A DNA stretch of 41,714 bases from a plasmid, in NCBI RefSeq assembly GCF_055900595.2, contig NZ_JBVWEU010000004.1; one strand, 5' to 3'. The notes beneath the pieces are model-generated. The model worked only from the letters and a program-made list of their open reading frames with translations. It was not told the DNA's origin and searched no databases. This document shows positions 9,632 to 22,700 of the stretch, one piece after another. The position numbers and the translations under genes were made by a program. Numbering within the stretch: position 1 is the first letter of the stretch; each line of letters begins with the position of its first letter.

Positions 9632-10698
9632 CAACACAGACGGCTTTGTTGAATAAATCGAACTTTTGCTGAGTTGAAGGATCAGATCACGCATCTTCCC
9701 GACAACGCAGACCATTCCGTGGCAAAGCAAAAGTTCAAAATAACCAACTGGCCCACCTACAATAAAGCCCTCATCAACCGTGGCTCCATAACTTTCTGGC
9801 TGGATGATGAAGCTATTCAGGCCTGGTATGAGTCGGCAACGCCTTCATCACGGGGAAGACCTCAGCGCTATTCTGATCTCGCCATCACCACCGTTCTGGT
9901 CATTAAACGCGTGTTCAGGTTGACCCTGCGGGCTGCACAGGGTTTTATTGATTCCATTTTTACACTGATGAATGTTCCGTTGCGCTGCCCGGATTACACC
10001 AGTGTCAGCAAGCGCGCAAAGTCGGTTAATGTCAGTTTCAAAACGTTCACCCGGGGTGAAATCGCGCATCTGGTGATTGATTCCACCGGGCTGAAGGTCT
10101 TTGGTGAAGGCGAATGGAAAGTCAAAAAGCATGGCCAGGAACGCCGTCGTATATGGCGAAAGTTGCATCTGGCAGTTGACAGCAACACACATGAAATCAT
10201 CTGTGCAAACCTGTCGCTGAACAATGTGACGGACTCAGAAGCCTTCCCGGGTCTTATCCGGCAGACTCACAGAAAAATCAGGGCAGCATCGGCAGACGGC
10301 GCTTACGACACCCAACTCTGTCACGATGAACTGCGGCGTAAGAAAATCAGCGCGCTTATCCCGCCCCGAAAAGGCGCGGGTTACTGGCCCGGTGAATATG
10401 CAGACCGTAACCGTGCTGTTGCGAATCAGCGGCTGACCGGGAGTAATGCGCGGTGGAAATGGACAACAGATTACAACCGTCGCTCGATAGCGGAAACGGC
10501 GATGTACCGGGTAAAACAGCTGTTCGGAGGTTCACTGACACTGCGTGACTACGATGGTCAGGTTGCAGAGGCTATGGCCCTGGTACGAGCGCTGAACAAA
10601 ATGACGAAAGCAGGTATGCCTGAAAGCGTGCGTATTGCCTGAAAACACAACCCGCTACGGGGGAGACTTACCCGAAATCTGATTTATTCAACAAAGCC
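9632..10698 (+). mobile_element. IS903-family (IS5 family) insertion sequence, complete
   Basis: IRs GGCTTTGTTGAATAAATCG at both ends enclose the transposase gene. No target duplication is present. Confidence 0.85.
9674..10642 (+). CDS. tnpA: IS903-type DDE transposase
   Basis: 322 aa, typical IS903/IS102 transposase sequence. Confidence 0.85.
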   Translation: MKDQITHLPDNADHSVAKQKFKITNWPTYNKALINRGSITFWLDDEAIQAWYESATPSSRGRPQRYSDLAITTVLVIKRVFRLTLRAAQGFIDSIFTLMNVPLRCPDYTSVSKRAKSVNVSFKTFTRGEIAHLVIDSTGLKVFGEGEWKVKKHGQERRRIWRKLHLAVDSNTHEIICANLSLNNVTDSEAFPGLIRQTHRKIRAASADGAYDTQLCHDELRRKKISALIPPRKGAGYWPGEYADRNRAVANQRLTGSNARWKWTTDYNRRSIAETAMYRVKQLFGGSLTLRDYDGQVAEAMALVRALNKMTKAGMPESVRIA

Positions 10699-10781
10699 GC
10701 GCGGGGCTAACAGGTAAGATGAAATTAAGGTTTTACGAACACTGCCACTGTAATTAATTACCGCTACTTTCATAAATCACC

Positions 10782-11168
10782 TCAGAATTTTTTGTTGAAC
10801 TTCTTAGGGTCGAAATTCTCACCGATTTTCTTGAAGAATTCTTTATCAATAATGCCGGGACTCTCTGCTTTTTTACTTTCCTGCACTTCAGGCTCAGACG
10901 GTTGTGTATTGTGCAATACACTTTCCGCTGCACCCTTCGCGCTACTCTTATCATGCGTATTGTGCAATACATTTTTTCGGTTTTGCCGCGTTCTATACAG
11001 TGCCATCTCAAGCCCTTTGGCTGTTACCGAAAAGCTGTATTCGCTGTCGAGGATTTCAGCAATTTCATGCCGCGTTAGCCCTCTGTCCAGCCAGTTCTCG
11101 ATTTCATTTAGGCGCAATCTGACAGCAGCCGATAAGTTGCGGGGTTTCAGATCTGCTGGTTTATTCAT
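10782..11168 (-). CDS. Small DNA-binding protein with an N-terminal HTH-like region and a disordered charged C-terminal tail; candidate StbA/ParR-like centromere-binding protein
   Basis: 128 aa with RBS GGAGGGGG. LTRHEIAEIL is HTH-like. An 11-bp direct-repeat array lies immediately upstream. The C-terminal 60 aa are low-complexity K/E/S-rich. Confidence 0.5.
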   Translation of the reverse strand: MNKPADLKPRNLSAAVRLRLNEIENWLDRGLTRHEIAEILDSEYSFSVTAKGLEMALYRTRQNRKNVLHNTHDKSSAKGAAESVLHNTQPSEPEVQESKKAESPGIIDKEFFKKIGENFDPKKFNKKF

Positions 11169-11221
11169 AACCCCCTCCGTTGTATGAAAATGACTCTACA
11201 ACACTCGTAAGAAGGGGTCAA

Positions 11222-11380
11222 TCGAGTTTTGTAGTTTATCTGTAGTTTTATTGTAGTCTATTTGTAGTCTGTCACGTTTTTTGTAGTTTATTTGTAGTTT
11301 TATTGTAGTCTATTTGTAGTCTTACAACACTAAGGCAAAACGTTTTTTGTAGTTTATCTGTAGTTTATCTGTAGTTTTTG
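11222..11380. repeat. Eleven copies of an 11-bp direct repeat TGTAGTYTATY in three clusters (4+4+3). The first two clusters form a 52-bp higher-order repeat.
   Basis: TGTAGT at 11230, 11241, 11252, 11263, 11282, 11293, 11304, 11315, 11348, 11359 and 11370. Confidence 0.85.
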
Positions 11381-11388
11381 GTTGCTCA

Positions 11389-11412
11389 GATGGTCATGCA
11401 AGCATGACCATC
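11389..11412. promoter_or_regulatory. Perfect 11-bp inverted repeat GATGGTCATGC-aa-GCATGACCATC
   Basis: Palindrome directly after the repeat array. It may be an operator or a terminator hairpin. Confidence 0.5.
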
Positions 11413-11716
11413 AAAGAATAGGACGCTTTTTAGCCAAATGCCCCTTAACCTACGGAGATCGCCCTACCAAAAAAAGATGATTTTTTATCCCTTAACCTGC
11501 TATACACCTAACGCAGCGTGATAAATCACGCTATCGCACTGATTTAAAAGAAAAAAAACAAAATTTAGCCATGCTGCGGTATTACCCAGGTATTACAAAT
11601 CAAATCTAAATTACTGATTTAAATAACTTTTTATTTATTACTTTGGTAATACTATGATTTCACCGTATTAGACACCCTTTTTTCGTTTAAAAAATGCACA
11701 AATTGAGGACTGAATG

Positions 11717-11982
11717 GGCTTTGTTGAATAAATCGAACTTTTGCTGAGTTGAAGGATCAGATCACGCATCTTCCCGACAACGCAGACCGTTCCGTGGCAA
11801 AGCAAAAGTTCAAAATAACCAACTGGCCCACCTACAATAAAGCCCTCATCAACCGTGGCTCCATAACTTTCTGGCTGGATGATGAAGCTATTCAGGCCTG
11901 GTATGAGTCAGCAACACCTTCTTCACGAGGCAGACCTCAGCGCTATTCTGACCTTGCCATCACGACTGTGCTGGTCATTAAG
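11717..11982 (+). mobile_element. Partial IS903 copy (left 266 bp) in the same orientation as the 9632 copy, truncated by the Tn1721 IR
   Basis: Near-identical to 9632-9900. The sequence switches to GGGGAGCCCGCAGAATTCGG at 11983. Confidence 0.85.
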
Positions 11983-12020
11983 GGGAGCCCGCAGAATTCG
12001 GAAAAAATCGTACGCTAAGG
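11983..12020. repeat. Tn1721-type 38-bp terminal inverted repeat (IRR)
   Basis: GGGGAGCCCGCAGAATTCGGAAAAAATCGTACGCTAAG. Confidence 0.9.
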
Positions 12021-13772
12021 TTTTCCGGGCATCCGTAAGGGCCGAAACTTCCCGTCTTCCAGTCTGCGGCTCTGCCGCCAGACGTAATCGCCGGTTAGGT
12101 TGATGTGCTCCCAGCCCAGCGGCGACAGGAATTGCAGCAGCTCGCCGTCCACCGGCTTGCCGGCCTCGACCAACCCCTGGGTGGCGCGTTCCAGGTACAC
12201 CGTGTTCCACAGCACGATAGCCGCCGTCACCAGGTTGAGGCCGCTGGCCCGGTAGCGCTGCTGCTCGAAGCTCCGATCCCTGATTTCCCCAAGGCGGTTG
12301 AAGAACACCGCCCTGGCCAGCGAGTTGCGCGCCTCACCTTTGTTCAGGCCGGCATGCACGCGGCGGCGCAGTTCAACACTTTGCAGCCAGTCCAGGATGA
12401 ACAGCGTGCGCTCGATCCGGCCCAGCTCGCGCAGGGCCACGGCCAGTCCGTTCTGGCGCGGGTAGCTGCCGAGCTTGCGCAGCATCAGCGAGGCGGTGAC
12501 GGTGCCCTGCTTGATCGAGCTGGCCAGGCGCAGGATGTCGTCCCAGTGGGCACGCACGTGCTTGATGTTCAGGGTGCCGCCGATCAGCGGGCGCAACGTC
12601 GGGTAGGCTTGCACGCCCTGCGGCACGTACAGCTTGGTTTCGCCGAGGTCGCGGATGCGCGGCGCGAAGCGGAAGCCTAGCAGGTGCATCAGGGCAAAGA
12701 CGTGATCGGTGAAGCCGGCCGTGTCGGTGTAGTGCTCCTCGATCCGCAGGTCGGACTCGTGGTACAGCAGGCCGTCGAGCACATAGGTGGAATCGCGGAC
12801 GCCGACATTCACCACGCGGGTGCTGAACGGCGCGTACTGGTCGGAGATATGGGTATAGAACAGCCGTCCCGGCTCGCTACCGTACTTCGGGTTGACGTGC
12901 CCGGTGCTCTCGCCCCGGCCACCCGCGCGGAAGCGCTGGCCATCGGAGGATGAGGTCGTGCCGTCGCCCCAGTGGGCGGCAAAGGCGTGGCGATACTGGT
13001 GGTTGACCAGCTCGGCCAAGGCCGCCGAATAGGTTTCGTCGCGGATGTGCCAGGCTTGCAGCCAGGACAGCTTGGCGTAGGTCAGGCCGGGGCTCGACTC
13101 GGCCATCTTGGTCAGCCCGAGGTTGATCGCATCACCGAGGATTGCGGACAGCAGCAACGTCCTGTCTTTGGCCTCGGCCCCGTCCTTCAAGTGGGTGAAG
13201 TGGCGGCTGAAGCCCGTCCAGTCGTCCACGTCCATCAGCAGTTCGGTGATCTTGATGCGCGGCAGTAACTGGCTGGTTTGGTCGATCAGCGCCTGCGCCC
13301 GATCCGGCACCGCCGCATCCAGCGGGGTGATTTTCAGCCCTGACTCGGTGAGGATGGCATCGGGCAGCTCGTTGTCCTTGGCCAGGCGGGTGACGGTGGC
13401 CAACTGCTCGTCCAGCAGCTGCAAACGCTCTTCCAGGTACTGGTCGCTGTTCGGGTTGATCGCCAGGGGCAGGGCCTGCTCGCGCTTGAGTGCGGCGAAC
13501 TTCTCGGCCGGCAGCAGGTAGTCGTCGAAGTCGCGGAACTGCCGCGAGCCCTTGACCCAGATGTCGCCGGAGCGCAGGGCGTTCTTCAGCTCGGACAGGG
13601 CGCAGATTTCGTAGAATTTCCGGTCGAGGCCTTCCGGGGTGATCACCAGCGGCTTCCAGCGCGGCTTGATGAAGGCCGTGGGTGCATCGGCCGGCACCTT
13701 GCGCAGGTTGTCGGCGTTCATCTCACGCAGGGTCTGCACGGCTGCCAGCACGCCTTGCGCGGCCGGCCCGTG
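12015..13772 (-). pseudogene. delta-tnpA: duplicated 3' portion (about 585 codons) of the Tn1721 transposase gene
   Basis: Identical to the C-terminal part of the full tnpA at 22783-24200. Identity is lost upstream of about 13772. Confidence 0.85.
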
Positions 13773-13899
13773 CTGTTCCCCAACTTTTCGCTCGGCGAAG
13801 AGTATGAACATGCGCCGCCGGCGACGAATCGCCAAATCTCACCGTATCTCCCGAGCGGACGATTTCGCACCGGTCTGCCCGTCGAAGGGCTTGCGATCG

Positions 13900-14162
13900 A
13901 ACGGGGCGACCTTTTCTATGCATGTCCGCGAGCCAGCGTCTTTTATGGCACGGCGCTCGACGCCGACCTTCGGACGCGCGGCGTAAGCACGCTTGTCATG
14001 GCCGGGATAAGCACCACCGGCGTTGTTCTTTCAAGCGTCGCCTGGGCTAGTGATGCGGACTACGACGTGCGTTTGGTCCAGGACTGCTGCTACGACCCGG
14101 ATCGGGATGCCCACGAAGCTCTGTTGCGTTCCGGGTTCGGCGGACGTGTACAGGTCGTGTAA
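13900..14162 (+). pseudogene. Isochorismatase/cysteine-hydrolase family gene fragment (C-terminal)
   Basis: The translation ...VMAGISTTGVVLSSVAWASDADYDVRLVQDCCYDPD... has no start context. Confidence 0.55.
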
Positions 14163-14299
14163 TTTTCGGGCCTCGCATGATCGCGGCCATAGCCGCAGGT
14201 GGATTGGTGCGAGGCAGGGCCAGTCCAAGTCAGGGTGCGGTCATCGCGGCGCCTGCAACTCTCAAAAACCCATCGCCGTAGCGGAGGTCTTGTAATCGC

Positions 14300-15184
14300 A
14301 TGTCATTACGCACGCCCGATTTATTGTTCACAGCGATAGCACCTGCCATTTGGGGCAGCACCTACATTGTCACCACCCAATACCTGCCGAACTTCTCACC
14401 GATGACGGTCGCGATGCTGCGGGCGTTGCCGGCGGGTTTATTGCTCGTGATGATCGTCCGACAGATTCCAACGGGAATCTGGTGGATGCGCATCTTCATC
14501 CTCGGCGCACTTAATATTTCGCTATTCTGGAGCTTGTTGTTTATTTCGGTCTACCGCCTGCCGGGCGGGGTCGCGGCGACGGTAGGCGCTGTGCAGCCGC
14601 TGATGGTCGTGTTCATCTCTGCCGCTCTGCTAGGTAGCCCGATACGATTGATGGCGGTCCTGGGGGCTATTTGCGGAACTGCGGGCGTGGCGCTGTTGGT
14701 GTTGACACCAAACGCAGCGCTAGATCCTGTCGGCGTCGCAGCGGGCCTGGCGGGGGCGGTTTCCATGGCGTTCGGAACCGTGCTGACCCGCAAGTGGCAA
14801 CCTCCCGTGCCTCTGCTCACCTTTACCGCCTGGCAACTGGCGGCCGGAGGACTTCTGCTCGTTCCAGTAGCTTTAGTGTTTGATCCGCCAATCCCGATGC
14901 CTACAGGAACCAATGTTCTCGGCCTGGCGTGGCTCGGCCTGATCGGAGCGGGTTTAACCTACTTCCTTTGGTTCCGGGGGATCTCGCGACTCGAACCTAC
15001 AGTTGTTTCCTTACTGGGCTTTCTCAGCCCGGGGACCGCCGTGTTGCTAGGATGGTTGTTCTTGGATCAGACGCTGAGTGCGCTTCAAATCATCGGCGTC
15101 CTGCTCGTGATCGGGAGTATCTGGCTGGGCCAACGTTCCAACCGCACTCCTAGGGCGCGTATAGCTTGCCGGAAGTCGCCTTGA
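14300..15184 (+). CDS. pecM: PecM-like EamA/DMT family transporter
   Basis: 294 aa, polytopic membrane protein in the Tn1721 tet-module position. Confidence 0.8.
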   Translation: MSLRTPDLLFTAIAPAIWGSTYIVTTQYLPNFSPMTVAMLRALPAGLLLVMIVRQIPTGIWWMRIFILGALNISLFWSLLFISVYRLPGGVAATVGAVQPLMVVFISAALLGSPIRLMAVLGAICGTAGVALLVLTPNAALDPVGVAAGLAGAVSMAFGTVLTRKWQPPVPLLTFTAWQLAAGGLLLVPVALVFDPPIPMPTGTNVLGLAWLGLIGAGLTYFLWFRGISRLEPTVVSLLGFLSPGTAVLLGWLFLDQTLSALQIIGVLLVIGSIWLGQRSNRTPRARIACRKSP

Positions 15185-15215
15185 CCCGCATGGCATAGGC
15201 CTATCGTTTCCACGA

Positions 15216-16415
15216 TCAGCGATCGGCTCGTTGCCCTGCGCCGCTCCAAAGCCCGCGACGCAGCGCCGGCAGGCAGAGCAAGTAGAGGGCAGCGCCTGCA
15301 ATCCATGCCCACCCGTTCCACGTTGTTATAGAAGCCGCATAGATCGCCGTGAAGAGGAGGGGTCCGACGATCGAGGTCAGGCTGGTGAGCGCCGCCAGTG
15401 AGCCTTGCAGCTGCCCCTGACGTTCCTCATCCACCTGCCTGGACAACATTGCTTGCAGCGCCGGCATTCCGATGCCACCCGAAGCAAGCAGGACCATGAT
15501 CGGGAACGCCATCCATCCCCGTGTCGCGAAGGCAAGCAGGATGTAGCCTGTGCCGTCGGCAATCATTCCGAGCATGAGTGCCCGCCTTTCGCCGAGCCGG
15601 GCGGCTACAGGGCCGGTGATCATTGCCTGGGCGAGTGAATGCAGAATGCCAAATGCGGCAAGCGAAATGCCGATCGTGGTCGCGTCCCAGTGAAAGCGAT
15701 CCTCGCCGAAAATGACCCAAAGCGCGGCCGGCACCTGTCCGACAAGTTGCATGATGAAGAAGACCGCCATCAGGGCGGCGACGACGGTCATGCCCCGGGC
15801 CCACCGGAACGAAGCGAGCGGGTTGAGAGCCTCCCGGCGTAACGGCCGGCGTTCGCCTTTGTGCGACTCCGGCAAAAGGAAACAGCCCGTCAGGAAATTG
15901 AGGCCGTTCAAGGCTGCCGCGGCGAAGAACGGAGCGTGGGGGGAGAAACCGCCCATCAGCCCACCGAGCACAGGTCCCGCGACCATCCCGAACCCGAAAC
16001 AGGCGCTCATGAAGCCGAAGTGCCGCGCGCGCTCATCGCCATCAGTGATATCGGCAATATAAGCGCCGGCTACCGCCCCAGTCGCCCCGGTGATGCCGGC
16101 CACGATCCGCCCGATATAGAGAACCCAAAGGAAAGGCGTCGTCGCCATGATGGCGTAGTCGACAGCAGCGCCGGCCAGCGAGACGAGCAAGACCGGCCGC
16201 CGCCCGAAACGATCCGACAGCGCGCCCAGCACAGGTGCGCAGGCAAATTGCATCAACGCATACAGCGCCAGCAGAATGCCATAGTGGGCGGTGACGTCGT
16301 TCGAGTGAACCAGATCGCGCAGGAGGCCCGGCAGCACCGGCATAATCAGGCCGATGCCGACAGCGTCGAGCGCGACAGTGCTCAGAATTACGATCAGGGG
16401 TCTGTTGGGTTTCAC
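15216..16415 (-). CDS. tetA: Tetracycline efflux MFS transporter TetA, class A
   Basis: 399 aa from the GTG (VKPNRPLIVILSTVALDAVGIG...). It is divergent from tetR. Confidence 0.92.
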   Translation of the reverse strand: MKPNRPLIVILSTVALDAVGIGLIMPVLPGLLRDLVHSNDVTAHYGILLALYALMQFACAPVLGALSDRFGRRPVLLVSLAGAAVDYAIMATTPFLWVLYIGRIVAGITGATGAVAGAYIADITDGDERARHFGFMSACFGFGMVAGPVLGGLMGGFSPHAPFFAAAALNGLNFLTGCFLLPESHKGERRPLRREALNPLASFRWARGMTVVAALMAVFFIMQLVGQVPAALWVIFGEDRFHWDATTIGISLAAFGILHSLAQAMITGPVAARLGERRALMLGMIADGTGYILLAFATRGWMAFPIMVLLASGGIGMPALQAMLSRQVDEERQGQLQGSLAALTSLTSIVGPLLFTAIYAASITTWNGWAWIAGAALYLLCLPALRRGLWSGAGQRADR

Positions 16416-16520
16416 GTCTGGCCTCCGGACCAGCCTCCGCTGGTCCGATTGAACGCGCGGATTCTTTATCACTGATAAGTTGGTGGACATATTATGTTTA
16501 TCAGTGATAAAGTGTCAAGC
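16416..16520. promoter_or_regulatory. tetA/tetR divergent promoter region with two tet operators
   Basis: Palindromes TTTATCACTGATAAG and TTTATCAGTGATAAA. Confidence 0.75.
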
Positions 16521-17171
16521 ATGACAAAGTTGCAGCCGAATACAGTGATCCGTGCCGCCCTGGACCTGTTGAACGAGGTCGGCGTAGACGGTCTGACGAC
16601 ACGCAAACTGGCGGAACGGTTGGGGGTTCAGCAGCCGGCGCTTTACTGGCACTTCAGGAACAAGCGGGCGCTGCTCGACGCACTGGCCGAAGCCATGCTG
16701 GCGGAGAATCATACGCATTCGGTGCCGAGAGCCGACGACGACTGGCGCTCATTTCTGATCGGGAATGCCCGCAGCTTCAGGCAGGCGCTGCTCGCCTACC
16801 GCGATGGCGCGCGCATCCATGCCGGCACGCGACCGGGCGCACCGCAGATGGAAACGGCCGACGCGCAGCTTCGCTTCCTCTGCGAGGCGGGTTTTTCGGC
16901 CGGGGACGCCGTCAATGCGCTGATGACAATCAGCTACTTCACTGTTGGGGCCGTGCTTGAGGAGCAGGCCGGCGACAGCGATGCCGGCGAGCGCGGCGGC
17001 ACCGTTGAACAGGCTCCGCTCTCGCCGCTGTTGCGGGCCGCGATAGACGCCTTCGACGAAGCCGATCCGGACGCAGCGTTCGAGCAGGGACTCGCGGTGA
17101 TTGTCGATGGATTGGCGAAAAGGAGGCTCGTTGTCAGGAACGTTGAAGGACCGAGAAAGGGTGACGATTGA
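16521..17171 (+). CDS. tetR: Tetracycline repressor TetR, class A
   Basis: 216 aa from MTKLQPNTVIRAALDLLNEVG. Confidence 0.92.
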   Translation: MTKLQPNTVIRAALDLLNEVGVDGLTTRKLAERLGVQQPALYWHFRNKRALLDALAEAMLAENHTHSVPRADDDWRSFLIGNARSFRQALLAYRDGARIHAGTRPGAPQMETADAQLRFLCEAGFSAGDAVNALMTISYFTVGAVLEEQAGDSDAGERGGTVEQAPLSPLLRAAIDAFDEADPDAAFEQGLAVIVDGLAKRRLVVRNVEGPRKGDD

Positions 17172-17469
17172 TCAGGACCGCTGCCGGAGCGCAACCCACT
17201 CACTACAGCAGAGCCATGTAGACAACATCCCCTCCCCCTTTCCACCGCGTCAGACGCCCGTAGCAGCCCGCTACGGGCTTTTTCATGCCCTGCCCTAGCG
17301 TCCAAGCCTCACGGCCGCGCTCGGCCTCTCTGGCGGCCTTCTGGCGCTCCTGCTGCGGCGTCCGCTCGTGGGCCGTGGCGCGGGTCCGCGCGCCGGCCTC
17401 GTGCGCCTGGCGCTCGCGGGCGAGGTCCAGGGCGGCCGTCTTCACGTTCTGCCTTGCGCAGATGAGATA

Positions 17470-17507
17470 GGGGAGCCCGCAGAATTCGGAAAAAATCGTA
17501 CGCTAAG
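17470..17507. repeat. Tn1721 internal 38-bp IR
   Basis: Identical to the IR at 11983 and in the same orientation. Confidence 0.9.
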
Positions 17508-17832
17508 GTTTTCCGGGCATCCGTAAGGGCCGAAACTTCCCGTCTTCCAGTCTGCGGCTCTGCCGCCAGACGTAATCGCCGGTTAGGTTGATGTGCTCCC
17601 AGCCCAGCGGCGACAGGAATTGCAGCAGCTCGCCGTCCACCGGCTTGCCGGCCTCGACCAACCCCTGGGTGGCGCGTTCCAGGTACACCGTGTTCCACAG
17701 CACGATAGCCGCCGTCACCAGGTTGAGGCCGCTGGCCCGGTAGCGCTGCTGCTCGAAGCTCCGATCCCTGATTTCCCCAAGGCGGTTGAAGAACACCGCC
17801 CTGGCCAGCGAGTTGCGCGCCTCACCTTTGTT
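17503..17832 (-). pseudogene. tnpA: 3' segment of the Tn1721-type tnpA, separated from the rest by the Tn3 insertion
   Basis: Continues the 22783-25424 reading frame (...LNKG | [18 protein letters not shown]...). Confidence 0.85.
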
Positions 17833-17979
17833 GGGGTCTGACGCTCAGTGGAACGAAAACTCACGTTAAGGGATTTTGGTCATGAGATTATCAAAAAGGA
17901 TCTTCACCTAGATCCTTTTAAATTAAAAATGAAGTTTTAAATCAATCTAAAGTATATATGAGTAAACTTGGTCTGACAG

Positions 17980-18852
<873 letters not shown>

Positions 18853-19022
18853 TCAATATTATTGAAGCATTTACCAGGGTTATTGTCTCATGAGCGGATA
18901 CATATTTGAATGTATTTAGAAAAATAAACAAATAGGGGTTCCGCGCACATTTCCCCGAAAAGTGCCACCTGACGTCTAAGAAACCATTATTATCATGACA
19001 TTAACCTATAAAAATAGGCGTA

Positions 19023-19743
<721 letters not shown>

Positions 19744-22700
19744 ATGCCCGTTGACTTTCTGACCACTGAGCAGACTGAAAGCTATGGCAGATTCACCGGT
19801 GAACCGGATGAGCTTCAGCTGGCACGATATTTTCACCTTGATGAAGCAGACAAGGAATTTATCGGAAAAAGCAGAGGTGATCACAACCGTCTGGGCATTG
19901 CCCTGCAAATTGGATGTGTCCGTTTTCTGGGCACCTTCCTCACCGATATGAATCATATTCCTTCCGGCGTCCGGCATTTTACCGCCAGACAGCTCGGGAT
20001 TCGTGATATCACCGTTCTTGCAGAATACGGTCAGAGGGAAAATACCCGCCGTGAGCATGCAGCGCTGATACGTCAGCACTATCAGTATCGTGAATTTGCC
20101 TGGCCCTGGACATTTCGCCTTACCCGTCTTTTATATACCCGGAGCTGGATAAGCAACGAACGTCCTGGCCTGCTTTTCGATCTGGCGACAGGGTGGCTTA
20201 TGCAACATCGTATTATTCTCCCCGGAGCCACTACGCTGACCCGGTTGATTTCAGAGGTAAGGGAAAAGGCGACGTTGCGCCTGTGGAACAAACTGGCACT
20301 GATACCGTCAGCCGAACAGCGTTCACAGCTGGAGATGCTGCTGGGGCCAACTGATTGCAGCCGCCTGTCTTTACTGGAATCACTGAAAAAGGGCCCTGTG
20401 ACCATCAGTGGTCCGGCGTTTAATGAAGCAATTGAACGCTGGAAAACTCTGAACGATTTTGGCCTGCATGCTGAAAACCTGAGTACACTCCCGGCTGTGC
20501 GCCTGAAAAATCTCGCACGTTATGCTGGTATGACTTCGGTGTTCAATATTGCCAGGATGTCACCGCAGAAAAGGATGGCGGTTCTGGTTGCCTTTGTCCT
20601 TGCATGGGAAACGCTGGCGCTGGATGATGCATTGGACGTTCTGGACGCCATGCTGGCCGTTATCATCCGTGACGCCAGAAAGATTGGGCAGAAAAAACGG
20701 CTCCGCTCGCTGAAGGATCTGGATAAATCTGCATTGGCGCTCGCCAGCGCATGTTCGTACCTGCTGAAAGAAGAAACACCGGACGAATCGATTCGTGCTG
20801 AGGTGTTCAGCTACATCCCAAGGCAAAAGCTGGCTGAAATCATCACGCTTGTCCGTGAAATTGCCCGGCCCTCAGACGATAATTTTCATGAAGAAATGGT
20901 GGAGCAGTACGGGCGCGTTCGTCGTTTCCTGCCCCATCTGCTGAATACCGTTAAATTTTCATCCGCACCTGCCGGGGTTACCACTCTGAATGCCTGTGAC
21001 TACCTCAGCCGGGAGTTCAGCTCACGGCGGCAGTTTTTTGACGACGCACCAACGGAAATTATCAGTCGGTCATGGAAACGGCTGGTGATTAACAAGGAAA
21101 AACATATCACCCGCAGGGGATACACGCTCTGCTTTCTCAGTAAACTGCAGGATAGTCTGAGGCGGAGGGATGTCTACGTTACCGGCAGTAACCGGTGGGG
21201 AGATCCTCGTGCAAGATTACTACAGGGTGCTGACTGGCAGGCAAACCGGATTAAGGTTTATCGTTCTTTGGGGCACCCGACAGACCCGCAGGAAGCAATA
21301 AAATCTCTGGGTCATCAGCTTGATAGTCGTTACAGACAGGTTGCTGCACGTCTTTGCGAAAATGAGGCTGTCGAACTCGATGTTTCTGGCCCGAAGCCCC
21401 GGTTGACAATTTCTCCCCTCGCCAGTCTTGATGAGCCGGACAGTCTGAAACGACTGAGCAAAATGATCAGTGATCTACTCCCTCCGGTGGATTTAACGGA
21501 GTTGCTGCTCGAAATTAACGCCCATACCGGATTTGCTGATGAGTTTTTCCATGCTAGTGAAGCCAGTGCCAGAGTTGATGATCTGCCCGTCAGCATCAGC
21601 GCCGTGCTGATGGCTGAAGCCTGCAATATCGGTCTGGAACCACTGATCAGATCAAATGTTCCTGCACTGACCCGACACCGGCTGAACTGGACAAAAGCGA
21701 ACTATCTGCGGGCTGAAACTATCACCAGCGCTAATGCCAGACTGGTTGATTTTCAGGCAACGCTGCCACTGGCACAGATATGGGGTGGAGGAGAAGTGGC
21801 ATCTGCAGATGGAATGCGCTTTGTTACGCCAGTCAGAACAATCAATGCCGGACCGAACCGCAAATACTTTGGTAATAACAGAGGGATCACCTGGTACAAC
21901 TTTGTGTCCGATCAGTATTCCGGCTTTCATGGCATCGTTATACCGGGGACGCTGAGGGACTCTATCTTTGTGCTGGAAGGTCTTCTGGAACAGGAGACCG
22001 GGCTGAATCCAACCGAAATTATGACCGATACAGCAGGTGCCAGCGAACTTGTCTTTGGCCTTTTCTGGCTGCTGGGATACCAGTTTTCTCCACGCCTGGC
22101 TGATGCCGGTGCTTCGGTTTTCTGGCGAATGGACCATGATGCCGACTATGGCGTGCTGAATGATATTGCCAGAGGGCAATCAGATCCCCGAAAAATAGTC
22201 CTTCAGTGGGACGAAATGATCCGGACCGCTGGCTCCCTGAAGCTGGGCAAAGTACAGGTTTCAGTGCTGGTCCGTTCATTGCTGAAAAGTGAACGTCCTT
22301 CCGGACTGACTCAGGCAATCATTGAAGTGGGGCGCATCAACAAAACGCTGTATCTGCTTAATTATATTGATGATGAAGATTACCGCCGGCGCATTCTGAC
22401 CCAGCTTAATCGGGGAGAAAGTCGCCATGCCGTTGCCAGAGCCATCTGTCACGGTCAAAAAGGTGAGATAAGAAAACGATATACCGACGGTCAGGAAGAT
22501 CAACTGGGCACACTGGGGCTGGTCACTAACGCCGTCGTGTTATGGAACACTATTTATATGCAGGCAGCCCTGGATCATCTCCGGGCGCAGGGTGAAACAC
22601 TGAATGATGAAGATATCGCACGCCTCTCCCCGCTTTGCCACGGACATATCAATATGCTCGGCCATTATTCCTTCACGCTGGCAGAACTGGTGACCAAAGG

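Noticed and set aside
12105-13521. Several 89-191-aa plus-strand ORFs inside the delta-tnpA region. Identical copies occur at 22797-23964.
   Set aside because: Antisense ORFs within high-GC transposase coding sequence. Their duplication simply mirrors the tnpA duplication.
15377-16475. ORFs on both strands overlapping tetA, including a 204-aa plus-strand ORF
   Set aside because: tetA is unambiguous on the minus strand. The others are antisense or out-of-frame artefacts of the high-GC sequence.
17171-17470. Possible gene between tetR and the internal Tn1721 IR (ORFs 16934-17305, 17203-17445, 17285-17470)
   Set aside because: Only low-complexity R/A-rich frames on both strands. This spacer is non-coding in Tn1721-type elements as far as I can judge from the sequence.
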